Program-made: the position numbers and the translations under genes
Part shown: piece after piece, positions 35,701-46,900 of the stretch
Layout: each line of letters begins with the position of its first letter
How positions within the stretch are numbered: the first letter of the stretch is position 1
The notes under the pieces: model-generated
What the model was told of the DNA's origin: nothing
Seen by the model: only the letters and a program-made list of their open reading frames with translations
The model's database searches: none
Source: Geodia barretti
Taxonomy: Eukaryota
Reading direction: 5' to 3'
DNA length: 64,000 nucleotides
NCBI GenBank assembly: GCA_030341885.1
Contig: CASHTH010004028.1
Location: forward strand, 18,733-82,732

Positions 35701-37427
35701 AGGGGGGGGGCAGGCAGCAAACACACTAGACGTGTGAACATAGTATGTAGTATATAGTATGTGGTAGTTTGTAGCGAGAGAGCTACAGCAGCACCTAGCG
35801 TGTATGGCAATTTGTATACAACAGTGATGTCATGTGACACGTATGAAGGTCATGGCACTCTGCTGGCTCACGCGTTAACAGTGGGCGCCACTTCAGAGTA
35901 TGTCTTATACAGAAATGTATACACGCTAAGCACTACTTTAAACGGGTCCAAAGACCCCCGAGGGTCAACTTACGTGGCTAATATGCAACGCATACGCACG
36001 TAATATGTGCCCCAAAGAGTACTACGCCAGAAACTAGTGTGGGCACCGGCAAAGGAGGTATATACATAAGAGAGGTGAAGTGTTTGAATAAATGAGGTGT
36101 CTAGCCACTAATAAGAGAAACACTGCATTGTATATGTAGCTGACCCTCAAGCAATGACCTATAATTAACCATTCAGCTACCTTCTACCTCTCCTATGATC
36201 ATCGTACTGTGTACATCTGTGTGTGTGTGTGTGTGTGTGTGTGTCTGTAGTACATTCACCACACTAGTCTGCAGAGTACAGAACAATAAAGTTCAGATAT
36301 TGATAGCAACTGATTGCACTGTCAATCTTGCAGACTGATTGCAAAAGAAACTGTCCTACATACCTGCTCTCTGGTTACTATAATTATAGCAAGCATTATC
36401 CTATGATCTGTGATATATAGCAGATGCATGAAGGTGCACTGAAAAACAATGGAGCTCCTCTCTCAGTAATTTCGGTTACTTGCCAATTATACACCAAGCA
36501 TGTTATACTCTCACACACATGCACATTCACACGACGACGTGGCGAACAGGAAACGCCTTCACAGCCTGAGAAATTCTCACTGTTACATTGCACGACAGGG
36601 CGCTTCTGCAGCAAGGCACAAGGAACGCGCTGTGCAAGATAAGCCGTGTTTAGTAGTCCTATGAATTCACAAACGCCACACCTAGCTCTTTTATTATACA
36701 CCCAGAATCGCGCGCGTCTTAGCTAGCTGCTGCATGTTGCTGCAGAGTGTTAGCTGCGCCGGAGAGAGAACGGCTCATTACCGAGTTTCTCGACTGGTCG
36801 AAGAGATTATTCTCCACGTCCGTGGGGTTCTGTAGGCTCGCCGGCGTGGATCCGGGGGTACCGGGGTAGTTCCGGATCGCCTCCTCCCTGCAGAGTGACA
36901 GACAGCACAGAGACTCTCGCTCGTGCAAAGACTAATCGCGCGACCGATCAATTAGCGGTGAACTTTTTAAGCCCTTGCACTGTTTGTGCGCATGCGCAGA
37001 GTGTAACTACACACCCACGCGGCGCGCGCGACGGCCACAAAACTCGTACACACCCCCGATCGACCCGCCCCATGTTGTTGTCCTCACACTTATTTGAACA
37101 CTAGTCCCCCTGCAACAGTTTTTCAGGCCATTATACAGAGAAAGGCTCTATCAATTCCCTTATCTGAGCGAATATTGGCGGTTTAGTTTTATCGTCACTA
37201 AAAAGGAATCAGGTGTTTATGGGGCAGTGAAAACATTTCCCGCCAGTCGAGAGCAACACAAGTTGGTACCTAAATTCCATTACCAAGCATGATGCTTCGC
37301 AAAGCCGCGCGCTAGATTGAAACTTCGCAAACGGTGGGCATCAATTAAAGTGTACTCACAGTTGAGAGAGCGTCTGCCTGCGCAGCTCTTGCGGGACTCT
37401 GTCCGGCGGCAGTCCTTCAGTGGCCAT
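29760..37427 (-). CDS. MED15: Mediator complex subunit 15, right-arm copy; more intact than the left copy, with the C-terminus ..CCDSYTLSFLLSSWETSLLKALSSQF matching the conserved MED15 end
   Basis: Mirror of 7779-15402. ORFs 29760-30074(-), 30759-31163(-), 31391-31792(-), 32513-33148(-) and 33360-33665(-) are in-frame exon readings. The KIX frame EEAIRNYPGTPGSTPASLQNPTDVENNLFDQSRNS is intact here. Confidence 0.7.
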
Positions 37428-37596
37428 CTTCTAACACCTAACATAAACTCTCTTCAACGCACGAGCAAGCAACACGCACTACGCGCAGACAGGAGACGCG
37501 ACGATTACAGGAAATTCTACATTAACGCAGTGTGCGCAAGAAAACCAATTAGCTCGCGCACGCGCATAAAATGGGTTGATTACTAATCACACCTCA

Positions 37597-39489
37597 TTAC
37601 AAGTGACTTGATACACATGACGTTTCTGATTCCCTCCAGCTATACCACCAGCTCTCATCATGATCATTCTGTCTCCAGCCTTGGACGTAACGCTCCACAG
37701 TCCCCAGAGTCCCACTCCCGACACACATGTCAATGACAGGTCTGAGAACAGTCGAACTTTGCGGCAGGGCGACCGAAAACAACGGTGTGGCTTCAAACCC
37801 AACGAAAGGGAGTCTCCGACGATAGAAATCCATCGCTGATTTTGCGAGTGCCATGAGAGAGGGTGGTGGGAGACAATGGTAGTTTATGGCCGTACCCACA
37901 AGTTCCACAACGTGGAAAAGGTTGCAGAGGGAATGACACTGGTGCAGAAGATTTTCACCGTCGCCGAGAAAGCTGGCAATCTCAGCCTCGCTCGTCACCT
38001 TGGCTGCAATCAGGAACACCCTGAGATCCAGCCTCAACTTATCAACCCCAATCTGGGCCAGGGTTTGCAGCAACCTACTGGGTAAGAGAAGGAGTTGGAA
38101 CTTCGGAGCAAGTACCTGCCGCTCGGCGTCTGAATTGCAGCTTAGGAGCTCGCGCAAGAGTTTGGCCAAGGGGGATCTGCTAGTCTCGCGAAATGTCACA
38201 TTGCGCACCCTTCCAAGTAAAAACGCCTTGAAGATTGCTCCCAGGGTGGCTTCTAGATCTTCCGGGCTCCGAACATCTTTTAGAAAAAGCCAGAGGTTTT
38301 CTGTGAAGTCGAGATTTTCCCTCTGCTGGAAAACGGTGTTCTCGAGGGATGGCGAGACAACGTTGACTTGCAGCGTGTGTGACAGCGGAGAGTCAATCGC
38401 CTCCAGGAAATCATCCACTCTGTTAATGAGCAAAGGTTCCTCTCGTTTCGTAAGCACCTCCTCCCCTTCTTCCTCTGGGAAATCGCCCCACCATTCCCTC
38501 CCATCGCACACCGCCTCACACACCCCGACAAGAGTCTGCAGCTCTGAAAACGTCGAGATAGTGGCCTGAAGATTCCCAGGCTCCACCGCAATATGGAGCA
38601 CACCCTCCGTGCCAAACACGGGTGGTGGAGAGAGAAAGGTTTCCGGGTTGTCCCAAGAAAATTCCACCATCATCCCTGCCTCGCAACCAGTTGAGCAAAT
38701 CTCAAAAGACGTGATGGCATACCTGGCAAACGCATTTCCTTGTAAGTCGCCCGGTGTAATTTTCATGCCGTCCCTCTTTGCTCCAGCCTCTCCCGCCCCT
38801 CTCTCTCGCACACAGTAAACCCTCCTCCTTTCAGGCTCATGTGTGCATCCTAGCCCCACAATATCTTCCTGGACAGCTCCTTCGGTGTGTGTACAAGGTA
38901 CCCAAAGGGCCGGTAAGGTCCCCGATTCCTGCAATCTACTCCCAACGAGGTAATAGGAGGCAAAAGCTCGAGCAAGGTCGAGTGAAAGTGGAGCGAGTCC
39001 ACCGAGATTAGCTTGTCTGACAACAGACTGTGACTCTTCTGGGTGGAACGGGATTTCTTGTTTTAGGTACACCCGTTTTCGGAACAGCTTCGAACCAAGA
39101 AAAATCGCTCTTTTCTCTGAAACTTGAACAGGATCCTGTTTATTTCGTCCAACCTCTTTTCTTCCCTCTTTCCTTTCGCGACGGGAGTCCTCAACGAGAA
39201 ATGAATTAGAAAACTGGTCAAGAATTGGCCTCAGTTCCGGGGACTCATCTTCTTCCTTCTCCCTATCTTGTTGGTGGTGTGGAGATCCCAGCACCACAGT
39301 GGGGCAGGGGAGGGGACCAGTTATCTCGAGAATGGGGACGAACAGTGGAGGTAGGAGGGTGGCAGAAATAGCCACGTTTCTCTCGCCAATTTTCAGCTCG
39401 TAGTCGAAAGACCCTTTTTGGGACCTGCTCTTTGATGTGCACTCGAGAAGAAAGGTAGTGAAAGTCTCAGCAAGAGCGGTTATATCCAT
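37597..39489 (-). CDS. ZWILCH: ZWILCH (kinetochore RZZ complex subunit) homolog, right-arm copy, intact intronless ORF of 630 codons from MDITALAETF
   Basis: A single 679-codon open frame, 37597-39636, with the likely start Met at 39489. It carries conserved Zwilch blocks LPALWVPC, NLDFTENLWLFLK..DLEATLGAIFKAFLLG and LLLPSRLLQTLAQIGVDKLRLDLRVFLIAAKV. Confidence 0.75.
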   Translation of the reverse strand: MDITALAETFTTFLLECTSKSRSQKGSFDYELKIGERNVAISATLLPPLFVPILEITGPLPCPTVVLGSPHHQQDREKEEDESPELRPILDQFSNSFLVEDSRRERKEGRKEVGRNKQDPVQVSEKRAIFLGSKLFRKRVYLKQEIPFHPEESQSVVRQANLGGLAPLSLDLARAFASYYLVGSRLQESGTLPALWVPCTHTEGAVQEDIVGLGCTHEPERRRVYCVRERGAGEAGAKRDGMKITPGDLQGNAFARYAITSFEICSTGCEAGMMVEFSWDNPETFLSPPPVFGTEGVLHIAVEPGNLQATISTFSELQTLVGVCEAVCDGREWWGDFPEEEGEEVLTKREEPLLINRVDDFLEAIDSPLSHTLQVNVVSPSLENTVFQQRENLDFTENLWLFLKDVRSPEDLEATLGAIFKAFLLGRVRNVTFRETSRSPLAKLLRELLSCNSDAERQVLAPKFQLLLLPSRLLQTLAQIGVDKLRLDLRVFLIAAKVTSEAEIASFLGDGENLLHQCHSLCNLFHVVELVGTAINYHCLPPPSLMALAKSAMDFYRRRLPFVGFEATPLFSVALPQSSTVLRPVIDMCVGSGTLGTVERYVQGWRQNDHDESWWYSWRESETSCVSSHL

Positions 39490-39825
39490 CTCTCCGCCAC
39501 TCTCTCTAGCTCTAGCATGCTTTTTGCGATGCGCGCGCATGTGCTTTCGCACCAAACTCGCGCCAAATTCTCTAGCAGGCACATGACTCGCTCCACCAAT
39601 CAGATTGTGACAAATCAGCACGTTTGCATCATGCAAGTTTCGTCATCCCCGGACCGACCGCGACCGAGCAGCAAAACAAAGAAGACTACAAAAGGCTGGA
39701 AGATCGGTGGCTCCCTAGCCGTCCTCGGAGGCAGATGTCCTGAAATGGAGGCATAGCATAGAAGAAAGTAGCTAACAAAAAACAATGAAAACCCTCTGTG
39801 AAAAACCTCACCCTGTGGTCGAATC

Positions 39826-41230
39826 ATGGAGGATCAAGCTGAAATGTACAAATCCAAGGCCGGTGTCGCCGCTGCGGCTGCGCTGACGAAGCTAACTCCT
39901 GAACTACTCCTACTTTGTCTACGGCTCCTGGCCAAGAACGGCGCTGCGAGGAAAACACCGTGTGCGGTGGTTCAGCCGAGACCTCACGATCTACCGCCGC
40001 AGCAAGCTGGCTCTCCGGACAGTGCTGTTCAGACCGCTGAGGAGCGGCATCGGGGAGCCCTCCTCTGTCCCTCGCTCGAACAAATCACACAGGTTTCCAC
40101 GCTACAGCGGGAGGAAGAGGAAGAGGGGAGAGAGTGAGGAGCTGACGCATGAGTCAGAGAGAGGGAGAAAAGGTGTGTTGTCATAGTCTCCGGCTCCGGT
40201 AAATCACACTTTGCGTGTTCTCTTTGGTGGACACAGATAAACTGATGAACAGGCATAGCAGCTCAGAACGCCAGAGCACCGTAGGAAAACTATGTTGAGG
40301 CAACTTGGCAGAGAGAGTGCAGAACTTGACGCCAAGTATGTACGTTCTGTAGTACTTGGCAAGCATGTCGAAAGGTACACTTTCGCATGTGTGAGGATAA
40401 TATGATGTTTCACGTGTGCGCATTACAGAATGAGAGCTCCAGCAGGAAATACCTGGCCTCAGACAGAAACAGATGTGATGAAACAGAACTCTGGATGATT
40501 CAGCTGTCCAGCAGCAGTCACACCACACCACCTCCACGCTCCACCTCAGCCAATAGTAGTAACGGCAGCTCACTCAAGTTGTCAGAGAGGACATCCTCGG
40601 ATATCGCGGTCAGCAGGACCTTTCACTCTCTGCAGCAGAAGCGGATACTGGGGATCTCTTTGCTCGAGTCCCATGGTGACAGTGAGTGAGCTCAGAGCCT
40701 TCGTCCTTGTACCATTTTGAGTCACTTTCTTTGTGTCTATAGTTTGATCTCTTTGTCAGTTTCATCACCTGCTGCAAGATTACTCCTGGCATGACATCAT
40801 CGCATCAGGTGGATCAGCACTGGCGCTGATGTCGACTTGGTTCCAGTCACATGACCTGGCCAACCAGGGGGACCAATCAGGGGCCAATTGTGGTGGGGGA
40901 ACCACCCAATCCAACTGGAACCCGATAGCCATATTCTGAACCCCATGCCCCTAGCGCTACTGACCGCCGCCACATGTTCGCTCATCAATCCAGTGACAGG
41001 TTTGTCCCGATTTCGGCCGTTCCATTTCCGCCTCAATACCGAGAGTCTACTGCACCGCTTAGTCCCTGTTAGTATTGACTCTGCTGTTTAATGATTGTCT
41101 GCTGTAGCCAACTTCTCAGAGCATGACAGTTTCAGAGCTGGAAATGATGGCTGTCTCCCTTCTCTCTCCGTTGGCAGTGATTCCAAGCTTGACCTCCAGA
41201 CTATTTGACCTTGTTGAATCGTGTCATGCG
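39826..41230 (+). pseudogene. XBP1: XBP1, right-arm copy; exon 1, the bZIP exon and the C-terminal frame each contain several indels relative to the left copy
   Basis: ORFs 39826-40137 and 39962-40186 are frame-shifted pieces of the MEDQAEMYKSK... exon 1. The bZIP exon at about 40240-40335 reads through stop codons. The stop of the C-terminal frame is at 41228-41230. Confidence 0.45.
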
Positions 41231-41415
41231 GCTGCTTGAGACGCTTATACATAAGTAATATTCACAAGACTGTGTTTCACTTCCAATTTTTTGTGTTTTT
41301 CATTACCGGGCTTTGTATTATCATTATTGAAAAGAAATTGACATAACCTGCTGATTATAACGAAAGACAGTAGTGATCATGCATTTAGACAGGACATATA
41401 AACACTGGAAATTTG

Positions 41416-43232
41416 CTATGCCTTGGCCGTGGTCTCTGACTTGGCGTTCTTTTTCTTCTTCGACTTTCCAGCCTTGACCAGAGGCAAGTTGGGCAGCTTG
41501 AAGTGTGCTCTGCAGAAAGACAAAGTAAAGTGATCAGCACCACACTACTTCTCTATACTTACTGGCACATGGAGCAGATCGGAGTGAATTGACAGAAAAC
41601 TGCAATCAACATTCAATTATACAGGTAAGTATAATTATGTGACACGAATAGAAAATGGCAGGTAAATTGAAGGGCACACCCACTAGAGAGACAGACAGAG
41701 CAGACATGGCCGACGTCCACCAGTCGATGGTGGCAGAAACAAGAGGCATGGTAGTCCACCTTTACCGCTGATGGCAGCATGAGTTTATCTCTGCTGGTCT
41801 CATCCGGTAGAAACGTCCACTACAATCAAACAGAAATTCACTCACATTACGGTGAGGCTATGCCACAGCATTCATATTATAGCTACTCTAATGTAGCCAT
41901 TTTGGATATTATCCCCTCTTACGGAGAAAAACTTACTATCAGAAACTGCAGTAAGCCTGCAGGCTCTGGAGTTTTTATATAAATACACCTGTGATATCTG
42001 AAGCCTGGAAAAATAGAGAGACAATGAAAACCTATGTAATGGGAGGAGTTCTCTATAATTATATACTTGCTGTAGAAATCCTGAGTCTTGCCATAAGACG
42101 CACGAGTCGATCACTATTTCTGTGTGCGAAAAAGACACAGAATTTACCGATGCAGTCCAATACGTATAGGTGGGCGACCAACATGTTTTGGGCAGCAAAG
42201 ATGCAGTTCATTACAGGTACATACTGTGACGCGGTGTCTTGCGATGACATTATTACCTGCAGAAAGGCTCCACACATTTGATAGACAATTGCTACATTCA
42301 AAGTAACTTACTAGTATGCGTGAGTTGACTTTGGTTCCTAGTGGTGCCTCCCTACAACGCCTCTGGATGTCTTCGCCAAAAATTAAGTCTGAATCACTAC
42401 CTAGGTTCTATTTCTTGCACAGATATATATTTTTCCTCATAGATTATTAGTCTGAATCACTAAACAGATATATATATTTTTCCTCCCTGACGGGGTCAAA
42501 CTATAACAGTAAACTCTCTGTACGATGGAACTTTATCAACGTCTGCATTGAGTGTGGTGGGGATACAGCAGAGACATTTACTAAGTGCTCCCGATAGCGC
42601 TGAAGTACTGTGAACAGGGTGACCTGCAAGAAATTTAGACAAAATAAACTAATCGACAAACAAGATCTGCCTGAAAGCAACTATATATCTACCCAGCAAG
42701 TGTCAGGCACACTACATAAGAAAATGCATGGCAAAGTCCAAAGGCTCACTAGCAGTTTCGGTCACAGTCTTGCGAATCTCTTCAGTCAGGACTCGATTCA
42801 TGTGGACCAGAGGCTCGTACTTTCCACTTGTGGTCTCCTCTGTCTCTTGGAGCCCGGCCTCCTCTCTCCCTGCCACTGGGTACACCATCCGACTGCAGCA
42901 AACACACACACAACACAGCTAATGAGGCAGCCTTTTGGTCTCACCTCCCTCCCTGATGACACAGGCAGACTCCGACGCTGTTTGTCTGCTGCAGAAGTAG
43001 GTAGGAGTTGAGAAAGGTGGTCACGTTATCCAGACACTGGGCCACGCTCAGCTGCACACACGAAAAGCACAGACACACTGCGTGTGTGACGACATTTGGG
43101 CACTTTATCCACCTGCTGCGCGGGGTTCTCCAGCTGGAGGCTGCGCGAGAAGGAGTCGGAGAGGTCGAGAAGGGTCACGAGCAGGTTGGCCTCTCTCTGC
43201 ACCCCAGACGACGTCTCAGGGCCTGCTGCCAT
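41416..43232 (-). CDS. GTF2H3: GTF2H3 (TFIIH p34), right-arm copy; exon 1 intact (MAAGPETSSGVQREANLLVTLLDLSDSFSRSLQLENPAQQ)
   Basis: Mirror of 1978-3804. The stop is a TAG complement at 41416-41418. ORFs 42610-43011(+) and 42059-42301(-) are antisense or read-through frames across these exons. Confidence 0.75.
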
Positions 43233-43920
43233 CGACCCAGCATTGTGCATACGACGACACGTGGGTTTCAGCTTACCTGGCCCCGCCCCATAATCTGTCC
43301 CCGCCCCCTTGTCGCTTGTATCCACGCCCACCGGAAGTACAAGGAGGGCGTATCAGGGGCGGTTTATGCGCAAGCGCGTACACGAAGTCTGCTACCGACC
43401 GCGCGACCGACCGACCGACCGACCGACCGCCCGACCGCCCGCCGTTACGTTGCTGTGTCATCCCTACTCGTCTGTACTGTCGGGCAGTAATCTGCAGTGG
43501 AGAACTCTTGGTTTCAACTCCTGGACTTGAGAAATATCTTCTGTTGTTGGTGAGAACTTGCAACATCTGTTTTTCCCATCCTACACGTTGCTAGCTACAA
43601 CCACCCGCGAAATCAGGAAATCGCGTTGTGCAGGCACGCGAACGCATAGTCTCGCTAGCCAGACTCCCCCGAGAGAGTCTGGCTAGCGAGAATACCTCCC
43701 GCATGCCGTAAAATTCGCCCCCTAATCCTGCACGACGGGAGCACATAGTATCTCCTCCCCACACGATGAGCTATGCTCTGAGTCATTCAACCGTGCAACG
43801 CCAGGCAGAACACCTCCGAAATATGCCTGACCTCCTCCCCTTTCTTCTTTCTCTCTTTCTTCCTCTCTCTCTCTCTCTTTCTGTGACTCTGTGGGCTAGC
43901 AAGTGGAGAACTCAGCCAGC
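43233..43920. promoter_or_regulatory. Bidirectional promoter between GTF2H3 (minus) and MVP (plus), right arm; carries a (CGAC)n expansion at 43386-43432 that is absent from the left arm, and a copy of the 17-bp-stem hairpin at about 43661-43705
   Basis: Divergent ATGs at 43232 and 43921. GC boxes present. Mirror of 1328-1977. Confidence 0.5.
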
Positions 43921-46900
43921 ATGGACAGATCAAAGAAAGACGAGGGGAAGAGCATCTACCGCATCCCTCCCTACTACTACATACATGTCCTGGACCAGAA
44001 CAGCAACGTGACCAAGTTGGTGGTGGGACCACACACCTTCATCAGACAAGACAACGAGAAGGTATAATATAGCTACATCTGAACAAGCGAGATCGAGATA
44101 GTTGAACATGTAGCTGAGAGAGAGGGAAAGAGAGTGCAGGTGTATGTTCCCAGGCCTTCCGTTACATTGAGCGTCATTTGTTTGTAATATTGTGGGTAAA
44201 TATATACACGTTCCCTTTAGTGACTGCGAGTAATGCTAAACCACATTCCCCAGTACAGAACCACACATTTTCAGGATTATACTGCATCCCATATGCACGC
44301 CATACACTGTGGAGCAGTAATAGCATTCACAGACCTCTGCACACGAGCCCTCCCACTCTGTAGAGGGTAAAGTTGATACATGAGCTGCTGTGTTGCGTCT
44401 GGAGGATGAATCTGGTTTTGTTGGGCATTACCCATGACGAGGGTTCGGATAGCTCTGTAAGGGCAGTTAGCAAAGGTCATCACTCACTGATGAGTTCCTA
44501 TCATTGTGTGTGTATATTGCTCATGCCAAGATATGCAACGAGGCATGCCATAACCATATGTACATGCCTACTAGCTCTGATCTGTACGTACATTATTTTG
44601 CTCACTTAAAGCGCTGGTTCGCAATACTCTGCTGTGCTGTCGCATTTTATGGCTTTTCAAGTTGTCGTACCTGCTGAAAATCCTGGCAAGTCACGCCGAG
44701 CGCATTATCACGAAATTGAAAACCTGTTTGTCATAAACTAATCACTTTCACATAACTTCCGCGGAGTTTTATGAAATGGGGACGGTGCCTATTGTTACAT
44801 CTATGCTGCCACATAATGCTATCGCGACCACATTCAAAACTGAAAACACTCTGTAATTTTGCCAAACTAAGATGGACTATTCAGGTATGCAGTGTAGTAT
44901 ACATTTTCTGAGTGTGTGTTGTTCCCCATCTCGCAGGTGATAGTTGCGACCAGAGAAGATGATATGTGGTTCCCCGAGGCAACGACTGCGTGGTGGAGGA
45001 ACCGGCCATGAAGACAAGGACGGCGAACGCGATTGTTCGATACACACGGACAGGTAAGATTCACCCCCATTCACTGGCGACGAGGTCTGCTCATTGAGCC
45101 ATTGTACAGTAGGACCTGAGCTGTAGGTTAATGGTGGATGTAGAGCGTCACATGGAGGTACGTGTTCCTGCTGTGTATGGGTCAGGGCTGTCTGAATAGG
45201 CTAATAGCCCTCCGTTCCGTCATGCATGAAGAAGCGTTCAGTTCTAGGTGCACCACGGTGTGAATAATGTACACGCTGGTCCATATGTGAAAAGATTTTA
45301 AAAACGGAGATAATGTGTGAAAACGATAACTTGAGCGTATGTGAAAGATTTCGATTGGCAGACGGGAATCGCTCCATCTCTGAACATTAACACAGCGAGT
45401 TTGTGTATACATTCTCAACCTCAAGCGCCTCCCTGTACATTGGCGATCACATGGATCTATTGTACATCTATATGATAATAGATACACTTCTCCCTCTCCA
45501 GATAAAGCTGCGCCACGCAGATCAGGAGATACGGGTGGCACAGGACCGTTTCCTCTCTTCCCGGGAGAGGTCCTGAAGCAGATAGTCACCCAGCTGAAGG
45601 TGGTCCCGGCCAACACTGCACTGCGCCTGCGAGCCGTCCTCGACTTTGTGGAGGAAGGAGGGTCCAAGAGGACAGCTGGGGACGAGTGGCTGTTTGAGGG
45701 CCCAGGTTAGCTCTCACCCACTCTCTGGTGGAGGACTATTATGTTGCCGGAGCCTGTGACCTGACACAGTGTGATGTAGCATGAATTAGAGGGTATCGGG
45801 CAATGCAAGTGTGTGTGAAATCAACAAGCTGGGAGTTCTATAGTTGTGACAGGCTAGCTTCACAAGCTGGGAGCTCTATAGTTGTGACAAGCTAGCTCAC
45901 TGTGGCTTTACTTCCTGCGTTTACAGACCACATCATTTTCATGCATTTTGGTGTGGGTATAATTAAAATACCAGCTTCCCTTCAGCCGCTGCTGTGTCAT
46001 TGTTAGAAGACTTCCCCAAATTTTACCATGCCAACTCATGCTGCTGTGACTATTTTTAGAATGCCCCGTTCTTACATCACTGTATCTACTATTTACATAT
46101 AATGTTTCTGCATATCCTCTGTACAATAATTATGTGTAGTGTGAAACCAATATAGAAAGTGTGCTGGTTTGTGAAGTGTCCTTATTTCGGGGTGTGTTTA
46201 TTAGCAGGGTTTCCCCACTCTGTAGGGACCTACATTCCATACAAGGAGGTGGTTGTCGAGGAGACGATCAGGGCCACAGTCATCAAACCAAACCAGGCCA
46301 TTAAACTGAGGGCCCGCAAGGAGACTCTGGTACACTTCACGAACAGCTATATACCTCTTTCCTCTCTCTTCCAGTATTTCCCTTCTCAAATATTCCCTGC
46401 CGGTTAATGATGAATTTTTCAACTCTCCTCGTTTTCCGTTTTCAACTGCCTTATAACCCTTTCTGTCCTTATTCCACTTGCTATCTCTGCCCCTCTCTCT
46501 CCTCCTCCTCCTGTTCCACTTCTCCTTGTCAGGATCGAGACGGGAACCCCAGAGTGACGGGAGAAGAGTGGCTGGTCAAGAAGATTGGGGCCTACCTTCC
46601 TGGAGCCTATGAGGAGGTGGTGGAGCTGGTGGATGCCTATGTCCTCACTGAGAAGGTCAGTCAGTCACTTAGTAAGTGATCCACTGTGTTTGATACGTAT
46701 ATAAGTCAGGCCAGCTATGCTAAAGTTCTGAAGTTTAGTTGGAGACATTGAACTGGGCAGAGTTCCCTCAGTGTTTCTTTACTGCAACAGTTGGAGTGTG
46801 GTGCAAATTGCTCATACTGCTCAACAAAATCTTAGCAGAGCGAGTTGTTTTTTTTCGTGATGTGGTGCTGAATGTATATATAGGCATGATGGTATGTGGT

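Larger units (their letters stand above)
23320..45277. repeat. Right arm of large inverted repeat (palindrome)
   Basis: Same evidence as the left arm. The inner boundary lies where reverse-complement identity stops: left 21770 corresponds to right 23320. Confidence 0.92.

Noticed and set aside
42610-43011. The 133-aa ORFs 2197-2598(-) and 42610-43011(+) and other mirrored ORFs antisense to GTF2H3, MED15, the peptidase and ZWILCH exons as genes
   Set aside because: They have no homology and no splice logic. They overlap well-supported exons on the opposite strand and recur in both arms only because of the palindrome.
1-45277. The whole palindrome as a fold-back or missed-adapter long-read artefact
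   Set aside because: Such artefacts are symmetric through the centre. Here 21771-23319 is non-palindromic and encodes two different first exons. The arms also differ by substitutions, a 6-bp in-frame indel in a peptidase exon, and a TAC/TAA stop difference. A haplotig mis-join remains possible and is flagged in the findings.
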